64,000 bases of DNA from Phoronis australis (taxonomy: Eukaryota > Animalia > Phoronida), in NCBI GenBank assembly GCA_002633005.1, contig NMRA01000002.1, positions 264,044-328,043 of the forward strand. The letters run 5' to 3'. How positions within the stretch are numbered: the stretch's first letter is position 1; every line of letters starts with the position of its first letter. Below, piece by piece: positions 35,557 to 48,851 of this stretch. The translations under genes were made by a program, and so were the position numbers. A model generated the notes under the pieces. That model had not been told where the DNA came from, did no database searches, and saw only the letters and a program-made list of their open reading frames with translations.

Positions 35557-38500
35557 AGTCTAAGATACTCTGCAGAGATGACGGCACATTCATGTCAACC
35601 CCTTCTTTGGAGAACCCTCCACTCCTAGGTTGCGAGGATAATATAGCATCAGTAGCACTCTTGAAAATCGAAAGCACAACCCAGTAGAAGTTTACTGAAC
35701 CTTGAGTCATCAGAGTGCCATGCACTTGTTTACTATTGAGCTTTGCTATGATGGAATGAGATTTTAGTCTGTTGTTGTGGTTGGTCTCTGTGTTGGACAG
35801 TCTTCCATGAATTTTCATGTTGTTCAAGTGAAACAGCATGTAAATTATGTTGATGTTGTGTGTTATGCTCTCTTGATGGTCAGATTTATCACTGTTGGCT
35901 AATACATGGTTATTATTGGTGACCATCAAGATAAAGCCTGTTCATAGACAGGTATGCCAATGTATTTTGGGACAATATCTCTGTGAACACTATTAGGGTA
36001 AAAAAAAAATCAGTTTTGGACGCGTAATACGGGTGACAAGTGAAATGTCATTTTGCCAAATTTGTCGGTTTTTGTTAGCCCCTCATACAAAAGCAGAGCG
36101 TTCTAAAAACAATTCCTACCAGCATTTTGGAGAACAACGCATAAGGCAGTATCTGAACATTTCATGTGAATGTGATCACTTATTTCTGAGATATGATGTT
36201 CTGAATTTTCCAAAATTTGGACATATTACTCGGGTCCTACATCAAGATATACATATTCCTCATTATTGTTTCTAGTTTAAGGAACTCGAGACTTAACTCA
36301 GAAATTTGGTCTTATGCTCCACACAAGTGTTTTTGAAAAATACATAAATCTCACTTGAGCAAAAATGCAACGTCTCTGTGAATATACGCATTTAAGTGCT
36401 AGTTTGTTAGATAATTTCTGTAAATTATTTCTGGATTATGATGCGGTTATAAAATGGCTAAACCTTTATGGAATGTGTAAGAAAAAGAAAAAATTTCAGT
36501 CTTAAAGTCATAGGTGCCACTCCAAAGTTTTTGCTTGTTTTGGCTGGAAAAACCAGGTTTTGGCATCTCCAACAGTCTTCTCCACAGAGTGTACAAAATC
36601 TGAAAACGTGAGCTCCGTTATTGGGTGACAATCTTCAAAAACCTTGCATATTGTCTATTGAAACTGATTCTAAAGTCGATTTTTCCATCTTTTGCCACTG
36701 CCAGAAGTGCAGCCAGCCGGCTGCTTAAAAAATACACCAAATCAGTCATCATTTGCATGCAATTACTAAAAACTTAGAGACATTGCGTTCAGACTGCCAA
36801 AACCCTACATTATAGAAATCTGGTCAAGGTTGGGTGTCTTAAGCCAGGTTTATTTACAAATACAAAATGTCTGCTAAATTTCTACTTCTTGCTTGCATCA
36901 GTGAAGATTTAAGAAAAGCCACGACTGAGCAAAAAGTGAGTAAAGGGTTCAACAACTGCCAATCTTTCACTCAGAATAGACTCCAAAATCAAGCAAATAC
37001 CAGTTACAGCCTTCACATGCATCAGAAAACTTAAAATGCCTGCAGCCAACCCAGCAGGCGCCAATTTTTAATGAAATTGGGAAAGGTAAATTCAACTGCG
37101 GCTGAAAAATATTAAGTGCCACCTCAAGTCACTTGTCATCAAATGGGTCCCTGGTGGTATTGAGGAGTTTAGAGCAGTTTTAGAGGAGGTTTACAAAATT
37201 ATCGATTTTCTAGAAAAATTGAACTTTTGTCAACGTTCGCAAGTCATGCGAAATCTGCAGCATGCTGTGTTAATGCACTACGGATTACAAGTTGTAGTCA
37301 TACGCGAAGAATTTTAGTAATCACATATCCACTGTATCTCGCAGAATGGTCTATTCAAAAGTCACTGTACAATGAAGATGAATAGGGCTTAACCTTGTAG
37401 ACTGGTGAAATTCGACCGTCTGTACCAGATGAAGCGCATGGACACGAAACAAAGTAACCCGATCTGATGTTGTTCTAGCACTGGTTTCTTGTTTTATGAA
37501 AATGGTCTTGGTATCCTATTGCTGCCATGTGTTTTATTGAGTGTCTGATTTCCAAAGAACAAGTTGTCAACTGGTTTAGGATTCCAATTTTCAGCTTGAA
37601 TGCCCATATTGTATCGGCCTTTCATTGTCAAGTTACATTTAACAACTTATTAAAGCACTAGTTACCCTCCTAGACTTCACAGTGCCTTTCCTCTGAGCTT
37701 CAATGGCTTTGAATGCTTTGCTAGTTACCTTTGGTCCCCAAATATTTTGTCAGTTTCTCCCTGTAGCTGTAGTCTTCCCAGTGACTCATCTTGGGTTTCA
37801 AACTTGGGGTGCAAACTTAAGACTTTAGATAGGGTGCATGAAGCGCAAAGAGGGTCGGGGATGGGTGTTGTTTTCAGAGGTTTAGCTGTCATAGTGTTCA
37901 ATTTGGTGACCTGCAGATTTTGTTTGGAAACGTGGTATAAGGTCCAAGTACTCAAAATACTACATAAAGTAAGCAGATGAAATTCGGAATGGTTAGGCAG
38001 AATAGGAAAGCCCTTGTTCGTCTTACCTCAGGAGGTGAGTTTGCTCGTTATTGGGCCTGAGACGGGGAAAATTGCCCATCATCGAGCATGCGAGACACTC
38101 CCAATTTTTGCGGCAGAACAAAAAATGCACGTGATCTCAGGCGCTGCGGTGAACATTTGCTGAGTTCATAGGTTTTTCGTTAGATTTATCTCATTTATTT
38201 CATTTTCGGCTTTTGCCAACAAAGTTTGGCGACCCCAGTTCCTGTTTGGCGACCTGGGAATTTTGCTTGGTTGCATTTGGAAGTTGACGTTGTGTTGAGC
38301 CGTGTGTCAAGTTTCAAATCTGGCAGATTAATTGAGAACTCATATCCACACTATTTTCAAAGCTTGTCGCCAATGAGTTCAAAGGATTCACCAGCTGCAA
38401 TAGTGCTGAGAAGTTATACCCGACAATCATGGCTTATGACTGAGTATTTATTGAAATCAGGTTGCTAATTTTAAGTTTGAATAAAATTTATTAGTCTCTT

Positions 38501-40660
38501 TCGTTCGTCATGAGCTTGCCTGGCTATGTAATCTTCAAGTTCTGTACCAGATGCAATATCTATAAAACCATTGTTAATTAAAATGACATGGCAAAAAGTC
38601 ACCATTTGATTTATCCGTTTTTAATTTGATTCCTACCCTTAAAGTACACTGACTCCACCTTCAGTAGATGACAACAACTATTTTCCAAGGAACATGTGTA
38701 GGTTTCGATAGTAACCAATTCACCAAGAGCTAGAGTTAATGAATTTGATATTTACAGTATTTATGAAGGAGAAGCTGTGATCAAAGACACAGGGAGGCAG
38801 AGAGTGACACCTTTCTCAAGTTAGCTGCAACATGCATTTATCCCTAGCTTGAGTGAATAGTTATGTCTCATCATGTAGAGAATAATTACTTAGGCTAATC
38901 TGTGGGTCATGCCTGCTCGTAAATCAGTTTACAGGGGAAGCAGCCATTTTTTGATGTTGCGTTTAATAAACATACATAGCCTGGGTTGTCTTGGAAATAG
39001 TTTTTCGGTGGTAATTACTGTTCTCTTGCCTGTTTTTACTATGCATGTAATAAAAGAGAGTGATGTAATGGCCCGATACTGAAGTTGTTGCTGGTTGATG
39101 TTTGGGGTTGTCGGAGTTATCACAAGATGGTACTTTGAAAACATATTGCAGGTGTTATTTTTTAAAACTGGAGTATTATTTTTTGTGGTCTGATAATAAC
39201 TGAAATGAAATGAAATGCTTCTAGCAGTAGAATGGTGAGGGTTTGAAATTATCGAATAAAAATGAAGTTCGTGTGCCATTATTGAAAGTGACACCTGCTG
39301 GTAACTCCGATGACACTGACATTATGGTTTCACACGGCATCCAAGTGTTGACTCTCTGCTGTTAAATCCACCTGTGAAGTTAATTTGTGCTGAAGTTAAC
39401 TGTCCATGTCGACTGACTCTCCAAAGCACCTCCATGTCAAGGTTAGTACAACTTTTAGTAAATAAAATATGGCCAGTGTCAACCCATGGGTGTTTTGGGA
39501 ATGTGGTCTTGAATCTAAGTTAAGAATGGAAGTTAAAACAAGTGAATTTATCAGCAGAGCACTGATGCATTGATGTGCTTTGATTGGTTGACTTTGGTGT
39601 TATCTGCTGGTGTTTCTGTCAATAACGGTACATGCAGTGGCGTTATTTGGTATTTTATTCCGATATTCACCATTCTGCAACTCTTTTTATTTGAGGACGT
39701 ACTCAACAGTTCATATTAAAAAAGATGGCTACATTTTTGTAGCCTCATCTTGATGACCAACTCATCAAACTACGTTAACTTTGGTGTCAATTAACTTCCA
39801 AAGCCCAGTTCAGCTAATTTGGTAGTTTTCGGTCATTCTTCTCTGATGCAGTTTCCTAGGAAATGCCATGGAAACACAAAATTTAAATACTGTAATTTAG
39901 AGTTCATGGACATGTTGCTGTGTGTATAAATAAGAAACAATTCATATACACTATTTTATATGTTAATTGGACAGGAAAATTTATTTTGCAGCATGAACCA
40001 CTTTTAATTATACAAAAAAAGTGTTTGATGTTTGAAGCCTATGGATTTGGTTTATACTGAGTTGTCAATTCTTGAATACTTACCAATTCAGAGCCAATGT
40101 CTCTAAATGCTTTCTGGGTTTGCTTTGATTTGAGTATTTCTGGTTCCTTTGGGAATACAGTTGTCTTGTGGGAACTCTTGGCTATCTCACACGTTTATAG
40201 AAAGGTAGGTCTCCCAGAACTAGTTAATTGATTGATCTCTCTAGCTAGAGACCACACTGAGCATCATAACTGTTGTGATTGGCTATTTCTTGCTTTGAGA
40301 TATTCAAGAACAACTCGTGGAAACAATATAATTTGCCCACTAATGTCATTGTCACAAATGTAATATAGTTATGGTAATTCTCCACCAAGTTAGCACATTC
40401 ACCTCATTTCGCACACCTAAACTTGTGTTGAAATAGTGTTTTGTCTCCTATTTATTTCACGCCAGGTTCCAGGGTGGGAATTTCTGGCCTCACATAATTT
40501 GCTCATGGTCAGTTTTCAGGCAAACCCATGTAGTTAATCCTAGTAATACATACCATTTCAATTATATTAATAAGGTCTGACCACTGTATAGCAGTTTTTA
40601 CATGGAGGGGGGGGCAGTTGTCACCGTGGGAGTTGTCACGGTGCAATCTGCTCCAGTTAA

Positions 40661-41154
40661 CAGGGCTTGGAATTTTCCGCGGAAACGTGGATTTCCGCTT
40701 TTTTGAAATGTGCTTAGTATTTCAGCGTAAAAAAATCGGATTTGATATGAAATTTCCGCGGCAAATTCCTTTCTTACTGGGGCGTTGCAGACGACGTTCA
40801 CCTCGGAAAGCGGAAGTTGCTCTTTATGTTTCGGAGGAACGTAAATTGTCAACATTGCCGGGGCATCTGGGTAAAGCGTGGTGTGATTTTCAATGGCGAC
40901 TCGTGTTATTGTTAAGCGCGGCGACAAATACTACCGCTCTGCAGCCAAAATTGTGTGGGTTGGGAGTGGACGGGCGAGCGAAAAGGACGCAGACACATGC
41001 TACTGATGGTGGTAACGTTTTTTTTTTTTTTTTTTAGTCCTCCCGATTTTTGTGGCGGAAAGGTTCACATTGACCATTTCAAAGGCTGGTTATCGGGCAT
41101 GATTTGGGCCGTAAAAGTTTCCGCGTTTTTTGTCATTGGTCATTCCAAGCCCTG
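40661..41154 (+). mobile_element. hAT-like MITE with 6-bp TSD (longer, CpG-rich subfamily)
   Basis: Perfect 13-bp TIRs CAGGGCTTGGAAT/ATTCCAAGCCCTG have TSD AGTTAA on both sides. Repeated TTCCGC subterminal motifs are present. Confidence 0.88.
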
Positions 41155-42099
41155 AGTTAAGTCGCATAAATTACACTACATTAAGATCTGCATACTGGAT
41201 CAGCATAAGTCATTTACTCGAAGACTGTCTGCGCATGCTTGCATAAACAATAGGGAAGGTCCAAAACGTGTAGAATGCGAGGGGATCACCCGCATATATG
41301 CTACTGCACAAGTGCATTGAAAAATGATCTCTTTCTGCCCTGCCCCCGTTGTGTTTAGACATGTAGTTGCAACTTGAGCAACTGATCGAGTACGTCTCAC
41401 TCCACCTCTTAAACCAGTGTCAAAAATGGCCACTGCGGTGTCAACTTGCTCCATGTCAGTCGTGTTTACACACACACTTGCACCTGATCAACTGTTCCGT
41501 GTTAATTGGTCCGTGACAACTGTCTCCCGTGTAAGTGCGGCTTGTATTCACCACTTCATTCGTCCATTCTTACGGGATATCTGTGTTGCAAACATACATG
41601 ACGGGGTGTTGGCTTTGCTTGGTTACTCGGTTAATTTCGCACGTTCGTCATCCAGGAAGTGTGTATATTCAGTTTATTTTATGCACCCCCCACTATCAGA
41701 AAATATGTTTGATTTATTTTGTGAAAAGTAAGTGGAGAATTACCTTATTTTGTTGAGTAGCATTTTGGTTACCATGGTTATACGGTAGTCCTTTCTATGT
41801 TGTTTAATTCTTGAGAGAGGTTACAGTTCTCCGTTTACTAACATCATTGCCAGATAGTTTCTTCTCTTCCTGGTATATATGTGGTTTAGTATCAAGTGTT
41901 TTAGATTGGGTGATATAGCTTGTATTACTTTCCTGGTCTTTCAGAGCCTTGGTTTGCTAGCCACTTAAGTTCCCATTTCCTGTGAAGAATTTGTGATAAT
42001 CAATTAGGAAGGTTTGTTTTATTATAAACAATGTGACTATAAGCAATACTAGGCTTATGTTAGAGTCAGATTAGTAATTTCCTACACTGGGCATATCTA

Positions 42100-42617
42100 A
42101 AGGCTCTTTCGTACTGTCTCAACTCCGGTCTGAGCAGAGTGTCAATGTAAACTGCGAAGTTAATGGAACCGCTCACACCGCCTTCAGTAGTTAACGGACA
42201 TCGAAGTAAGCGGTAGGTGACGCTGTCGTCGATCAAAGTAATCACTAAGTAGCGCTGATGCATTGCTTACACACTAAGGTTTTTAATGTGACAATTTGAG
42301 AACATTTGCATGTGCTGATTGATATAAAATTTATTTCTAATTTGATTGGTGATTATTCGATCAAAATATCAGTGACTATTAGCGATGACACTGCCCTTTA
42401 GTTGTTGAGGATAACAGTGGTCCCTGGCGATAACTTTGATGGGACCAAAGTTGACTGCTCATACCGCACCGCAGCGTCGACGCTCCACTGTTAAATCCAC
42501 CTGTTTACTGCGAAGTAAACTGGTGCCGTTAACTTCGATCTTGCACTGAAGTTAACCGTTCATACTGACTGCAACTCCCCAAAACATTGATGCATCACCA
42601 TTAGTGTAAAAAGGCCT
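42100..42617. mobile_element. Degenerate MITE (Harbinger-like); related fragment at ~39290-39440
   Basis: Imperfect TIRs aggctctttcgtactg / tagtgtaaaaaggcct enclose repeated gaagttaac motifs. The segment ctgttaaatccacctgt is shared with 39355-39375. Confidence 0.45.
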
Positions 42618-42618
42618 A

Positions 42619-42695
42619 CCGTATTCGCCCTAATAAGCACCTAGGGCACTTAGAAAAATTCGCTTCAGGAAGGGGGGTGGGCGCTTATTATAGCC
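42619..42695 (+). mobile_element. Left end of a second Tc2-like element
   Basis: The sequence is TA|CCGTATTCGCCCTAATAAGCACC with a gggcgcttatt motif. No matching right end was found. Confidence 0.5.
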
Positions 42696-45408
42696 CAAAG
42701 TGGTTGAAACCTGGTCTCCAAAACAGGTGAAATCGTAAGGGTCCTGGGGTCGGGTAGGGCCTGATGATTAAGCGAAGCGCTTTGAATCAGAAGCAAATTC
42801 GTCCAACTTACCGTAGTTATAATTACTGTTAGTACTACCAGTAGCTGCTACAATTTTGTTATTATTGTTCATCTACACCCTATCTCTAACGGATAGGCTA
42901 GGGCTGGACCTTTTCCGCAGGGGGGTCAATCGAACTCCCGAAATGATGTTTGTTTGAAGATCGTCTGTGTGCGTGAGTGAACGAGCGCGTGCGTGTCATC
43001 AGAGTTCATTTGCCAGAGTTAACGCGATGTAACAATCTAGGTGTGCATTGTAACTAAAGAAAATAACTCAAGCAATAAAGCAGAACGTGTTTTATTTAGT
43101 ACTTATTGGTCTCATCTGCTAAAAAACGTTCGAGAATTGTCTCGGTAAGGCCGATATCGAGTTGCCGGATGATTGGATGCCTGACGGTCTAAAAGTTATT
43201 TTTCGGGAGACTCGGAAGTGTTCACTATCAGTGGGTCATTTTGACTTTATAAACACCAATTACGATTAACTTAATAATTCCTCCTAAAAATAACACAAAC
43301 GTTTTTATGGTATCAGAAACTTTCGGAAATAAGTGCCAGTATTTATTTCTTGCCGATGCTATGCTACCCGTTTCATGAATGGATAGTTCCCGAAGAATAA
43401 TCTTCGATGACAGGTACTTGGCTAATGTAGCACGCGCTTCTTGGCCACGTACTTTTAACAATGGTCAAGTTTTTATCAGTCTTCGATTCGCGGTTTTTAA
43501 GCATACAAAGAAATTTGGATTCCTTTTGAGGGAGAAGATATGTACAGGAAAGATACAATACAATACAATCCCCGTTGACTAGTACGCTGCGCTGCGTCTA
43601 ATTAAGAGTAGTACGTTGTCAATGCTTGGCAATGAGAGCAACTAAAAATACCGGTATTCCGGCAGTCAACAGGAATTCTTGGGGACACGACCATTTGTGG
43701 AAGGAATCACGTTAATTTTTTTTTTCTGAAATATTTCCTGGATTTTGAAATACGTGAGAACACAAGTATTCAGTTCAACTGCTGGGATAATTTGACAGAT
43801 ATTAGAAAAAATAATTAATAATTGTTCAGGGATTTAACAATTCATTACAATGACAGAAGAATGAGCGTTGTTGAATTCTGCAACTCCAGCTAAATACTCC
43901 GGGGGCTATCCCTGTGTCTGGGTTTATTGCCTGAATGGTTTCCGTGACAACTGAGTTAGGACACTACCTATATGCTTTTCTAATATTATGGTTAAAAACA
44001 CAGTTGATTAAACGTCAATGTTTTATGCTCTGAAATTATTATCTATCACGTTTCCTCGACATATCAAGAGTCCTTCTTGGTAAGCACTCCGCTTCAGTTC
44101 CGAGTTTGAAAATCATGACACTGAATCCAGTGACTGTGGTATTCCCCAAACTGAATTCTCGGCCAGTAACAAAAACAATTTATCATTCAATAACCGCAGA
44201 AAATGTCGAGACCCACTCCGAAACTGGTACTTTGATTTATTTTGGTGGAGCATAGAATCGTGTTTGAAAAATCACGAAGAAGTCCTTGTTTTCTAAGATT
44301 TTACTGTTTGCCGATTACTAGTAAATACTGTACAATCACACTATATGACAGAATATTAATCAAATTGATATTGTCAATAGTAGTTTCCATAAAGTGTATC
44401 AACTGGTGTCAATGTTTCATTGTAAATTGACATTTTCTTGGAGGTTGTTCAGGTTTGTGTTGAAAAATAACTAGTGTCCAGCATCTTGGTGGGAGAAGTT
44501 GCATTTTTTTTCGATTTGCTTAAAAATTTTAGTAACAGCACCAACCCTATCTGTATATTTTTTCCTTGCTGTTCTTTTGTTAGTAATCATGATCACCCAG
44601 TGTTGCCCTCAACAGCGTTTTTGTTTCTTGAACCAATGTGGCGGCCATTTTTGCTTTTATCTCCTAAACAACTGCGTGGCAAACATAGCCCAAGGAACAA
44701 AGCAAATTTGACTGGGCTTCTCACTTGTTGCCTCTCAGTGCTTGTGTTGCTGTGGCAGTTGCACCACGTGTTTGTCTGTATCCTCTGCTAATTGCTGCAA
44801 TTTTGACTGCCACCTTGAGACAGCCTGATGTGCTGTTCACCAGCTGTTGTATAGTCAGGCGGGGTATACAGGGTTAGGGGGGCAGTTGGCTGCTTTGGTG
44901 CCGCCAGTGCTGAATGGCTGCACTGCAACCGGAGTAAACTAGAATTTCAGACATGAGGTTTCGCCATGGCTTTCACTCAAGTGCAGAGAATTGGAGATGC
45001 AAATTATTTGCTGCATTTCTCATCCTGCCATGCCTTAGATTCATTTTCAGTCTAATTTAACCCAATTGCAATTAATTATTTGTTAGCTACCGTATATTTG
45101 CGTATCTAGGCCCATATGTAGAGCCATAGATCTTTTAGGACAAATTTGCAATTCTGAGGTTTTCCGTTAAGAAGTTTCTCTGGGAGGCACTACTTACTTT
45201 GTGTGCCAGTCTCAGCTTTCGGTCAGGATACGTATTTGGATTGGAACTTTCGTACAACCTAGCAGTACAAAAGAAAGCATTTCGGAATTTAAAAGCCTTT
45301 CGTAATATTCCTTTAGCAGAGTTATTGGTATCATGAATAGTTTTGGTTATAGTTGAGGAAGTACAAGTGCTATGTTCAAGCTCTTGTCATGGTCAACAGA
45401 GATACATG

Positions 45409-46523
45409 CAGGCGCTTGGGTTTATCGCAAATGACGTCACTCAATAATATATATAAGAAAACATAAAGGTTGGACACTTAAACTTTGCCAAGCCGAGGCT
45501 CCCAACTTCAACAGTCCAAAATCCAAATAAAATCTGCGTGGACCTCCCTCAGTCTGGTGTTGCATAAACCTTCGAAGCCTTATGTTTCCTAGATCCCATT
45601 AACTGTATTCGTGAGAGGTGAATTGGCGATGGAATTTCTAAAACAATCTCAAAACTCTGAATTCAAGGACCTGAAATAGTAAACATGGCGGATTTCAGTT
45701 GTGCTTCAACTTGTACGCCTGTCGTAGGTGAAACTTCGAGTTTGAGCAGGCAACCTATATTTCAAATTCAATTATTCTAATCCAAAACTCAACTAATTGA
45801 GAATGTTAAAGTTAGTATTTTAACGATTATTTGTAACTTTATTCCACTGACGGCTCATTTTAGCCCTTAACTTCGAATTTTATTACATAAACTGGCGTAT
45901 CTTGTTTCTCATCTTGACATCACGCACTTTTTTGATTGAAGCACAGCACACACTCGGCCAGGAAACGCAGTCCGTGCAAGTATTACAATGCGCGTGGCCG
46001 ACGAGTTAACTCAATGGTTTTGGCCAAAAGTAAAACCTTCATAAGAAATCACAGTACACAAAAAACTTCGCATATCAATACAGTATCAGGATAATTTATA
46101 TTTGACACAAATATGTGAGTAATTACATTTATTTGGCAATAAAGTGCTCTCTGCTTCTCATGATCAAGTAGTCGATGGATTGACGGCGAAAGCCGCGCGA
46201 AATTAGACTTTCGGATTTAGCTCGGGAGCGTCTGTCAAAACCCGGATGTGCGAAGACCGTCTGCCATGACATCACGGAATTAGGTCCTTGAATTTGTGAT
46301 TTTGGCATTCTTTTGGCATTTTTGTCGCCAAATCACCACTCGAAGGCAATTTGAAGAGATCGAATGAAAGAAAGTATTCTAAGAGTTGTTCGATTCTAGT
46401 TTCGTGGAGTTCCATGCACATTTGAGTAGAAAATTCTGAGCAAACAGATTTCGAGTGTCCAACCTTTATGTTTTCTTATATATATTATTGAGTGACGTCA
46501 TTTGCGATAAACCCAAGTGCCTG
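45409..46523. mobile_element. Non-autonomous DNA transposon with 70-bp TIRs and an apparent 2-bp TSD (TG)
   Basis: 45409-45478 and 46454-46523 are inverted with 1 mismatch. Weaker inverted similarity extends ~260 bp inward. TG flanks both ends. Confidence 0.88.
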
Positions 46524-47972
46524 TGAAAAGGGCTATCTTGGTAGGTGGCGCTAGTGAAGAATGTCATTGCAGCTGTCCACGATCAAAGATCTTGCATTGG
46601 TGGTCCATGTACTCAGTCTATGATAGAGCTATCATGCATGGAACATATGAATGACGCCCACATGACAAATTTTAAATACACAAGTTATACCTGACTGCAG
46701 ATATCGTATGGTACGTGATATGCGAAACACTTGAGCTGATATACGGTATGTTTGAAGAAATGTGTCCATATGCAGGACCTGAAAAAAAAATTGCCCCTGT
46801 TTTAAGTCACAATCTATCATTAGTGTTGGTAATTTGCTTCTCCAGTGGTTCAAATCTGGTTGCTATGTCTGAATTTTGTCTTAGCATTCTGTAGATATTT
46901 CTCTCCATGGTTTGTTTTGATAGTGTTCCCATGTCTTGCGCATGTTTACTCAGCTAACATTGTTAAGCAGATCCAACCATTATAACTCACCATTTTTTCG
47001 ATAAGTTTTTTGCCGGCTGATCTCGGAAATTTCATCATGTGCCCTGCGGGTTTGCTCGTCGCTCTTGGCAGGAAATGTTTTGAGTCTGCTCCCTGTTATT
47101 AGCCTGTGACCGGTGAACTCGTCCCAGATCTCAGCCTGCTCCCTCTCTCAGTGGTTGGCACTCCTGATTCTGTGGCTGTGGATGAGTTTGGAAGCCATTA
47201 TTACCGCATATGTGGCAGGTTAACTCATGACTGATCATAATCTGAAACAGACTCCCAAATTCTGGTAGTTGTTTTCTTCTGATTATTCCCTTGGTCAAAG
47301 ACAATTGAAGAATGCTGTTGTTCTGCGATTGGCTTTTCCTCTCTAAATCCACTTACCAAACCAACTATGGCTGCACAAATTTTCAGTTAAGATACACAAC
47401 ACCCATTACATATTATGTGCTCACTAGTTTACTGTGCTAATTGAATTTGCCGGTACTTTCACAACTAATGAGTGTAGCTGACTTGGTTGGGGTATGATGG
47501 TATTCAAGGATTTTCAACGCATTATTTACTTCTTCAGCTTTGCCCATTTTGTGGATAATTCTGTGCATTGCTAGTGGTGAGAGGGGGATGAAAATAATTC
47601 AAATTTAATCCGAAATGTAAAGAAATACAGGGTTCTTTTACAAGTTGGACCAAAGGTCTGGTATCTTGGTCTGCAATGAATGGGTTGCTTTACACTCATC
47701 TGACCGATGATAGCGTTTGAGGGGGTGGTGACACGAAATGGAACAGCCAAGGAGGCTGCAATCTCTCCTGGCTCTCTCACAATCTCAGTCATCCTTTCAA
47801 CAGCTCTTATCTTGTCCTGATAATCCCACTGCACTTCAACTGTTTTTTTCTAGCTGACTGTCAATGATGGTCTGAAGTACCCTGTTATTTGCTCGCTGAT
47901 AGGGATTCAGGGTTTCTTTTATGTTTATCCTGGTTTCTCCCAACATTCGGTAACAGCATCGTCTCGCGTTAA

Positions 47973-48603
47973 AGGCCCCTGTCACACCAAAGTCATTTTC
48001 AGTTCGATCGAACCTGTCCTAATGAAGTGGCCTGGGAACCGGGCAGAAACTAACATTTTGGCCAAAAATGTGCCTTGAATGTGACTCTGTTTGCGGGTTT
48101 TTTACTCAGATTCTGAAACACTTAGTTTTTTGCCTCGTTTTCGATATCGTAATAAAAACTTTTGCGGAGCCTGCTTAATGTCATGCCCTCGGTTTCAACA
48201 TAAATTATGGTAGTAAGTGTGATATTCCATCATGCGAGTTCTGACTTGGGAGCGATCGTAGCCGCTGTTATGCTAACTGGAGAGTCTGAGAGTGAGATAG
48301 CTTAACAGGAAACGACTGATTTTTCCCCTGGCGCCGAGTTCCGATAAGGCAAATGGATTGAAAATGAAATACGGTAAAATCTCGCCACTTTAGGACACCA
48401 TATGGCAGTTTTCCACTTTTTCATAAAAGATATGTAGCACCAAATTGAGGGTTTTCCATGTTCAAACTGTTTCACAGCTACCACCAGACAATATTTTGAT
48501 AATGTATGGGCATAAGCAATGATGCTAGAAGCTTTTGAAAAAGAAAAAAAATGCCAGATTTGGCAACTATTTTTCTCTGAAATTAGTGAGATTGTAACAG
48601 GGG
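47973..48603. mobile_element. Possible Kolobok-like MITE
   Basis: The sequence reads TTAA|AGGCCCCTGTCACA...TGTAACAGGGG. The right terminus is degraded. Confidence 0.35.
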
Positions 48604-48680
48604 ATGGTTTTTAGGTAGAAAAGGGAAGGCATGTTTAACTGGCTGAGAATTAATTTTGCTGATTTTTAATGATAGTATGT

Positions 48681-48851
48681 GGCAATAGGATAATATATTA
48701 TGACATCATGTAGTGTGTATTACACTGGTTTAATGGGCAATAGGATAATATATTATGACATCATGTAGTGTGTATTACACTGGTTTAATGGGCAATAGGA
48801 TAATATATTATGACATCATGTAGTGTGTATTACACTGGTTTAATGGGCAAT
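48681..48851 (+). repeat. 55-bp tandem repeat, 3 perfect copies
   Basis: The unit is ggcaataggataatatattatgacatcatgtagtgtgtattacactggtttaatg. Confidence 0.95.

Noticed and set aside
35061-35980. LINE RT (EEKYLGI) and GIY-YIG-like (KYIG) peptide scraps
   Set aside because: These are only isolated short motifs in broken frames, too weak to call without a database search.
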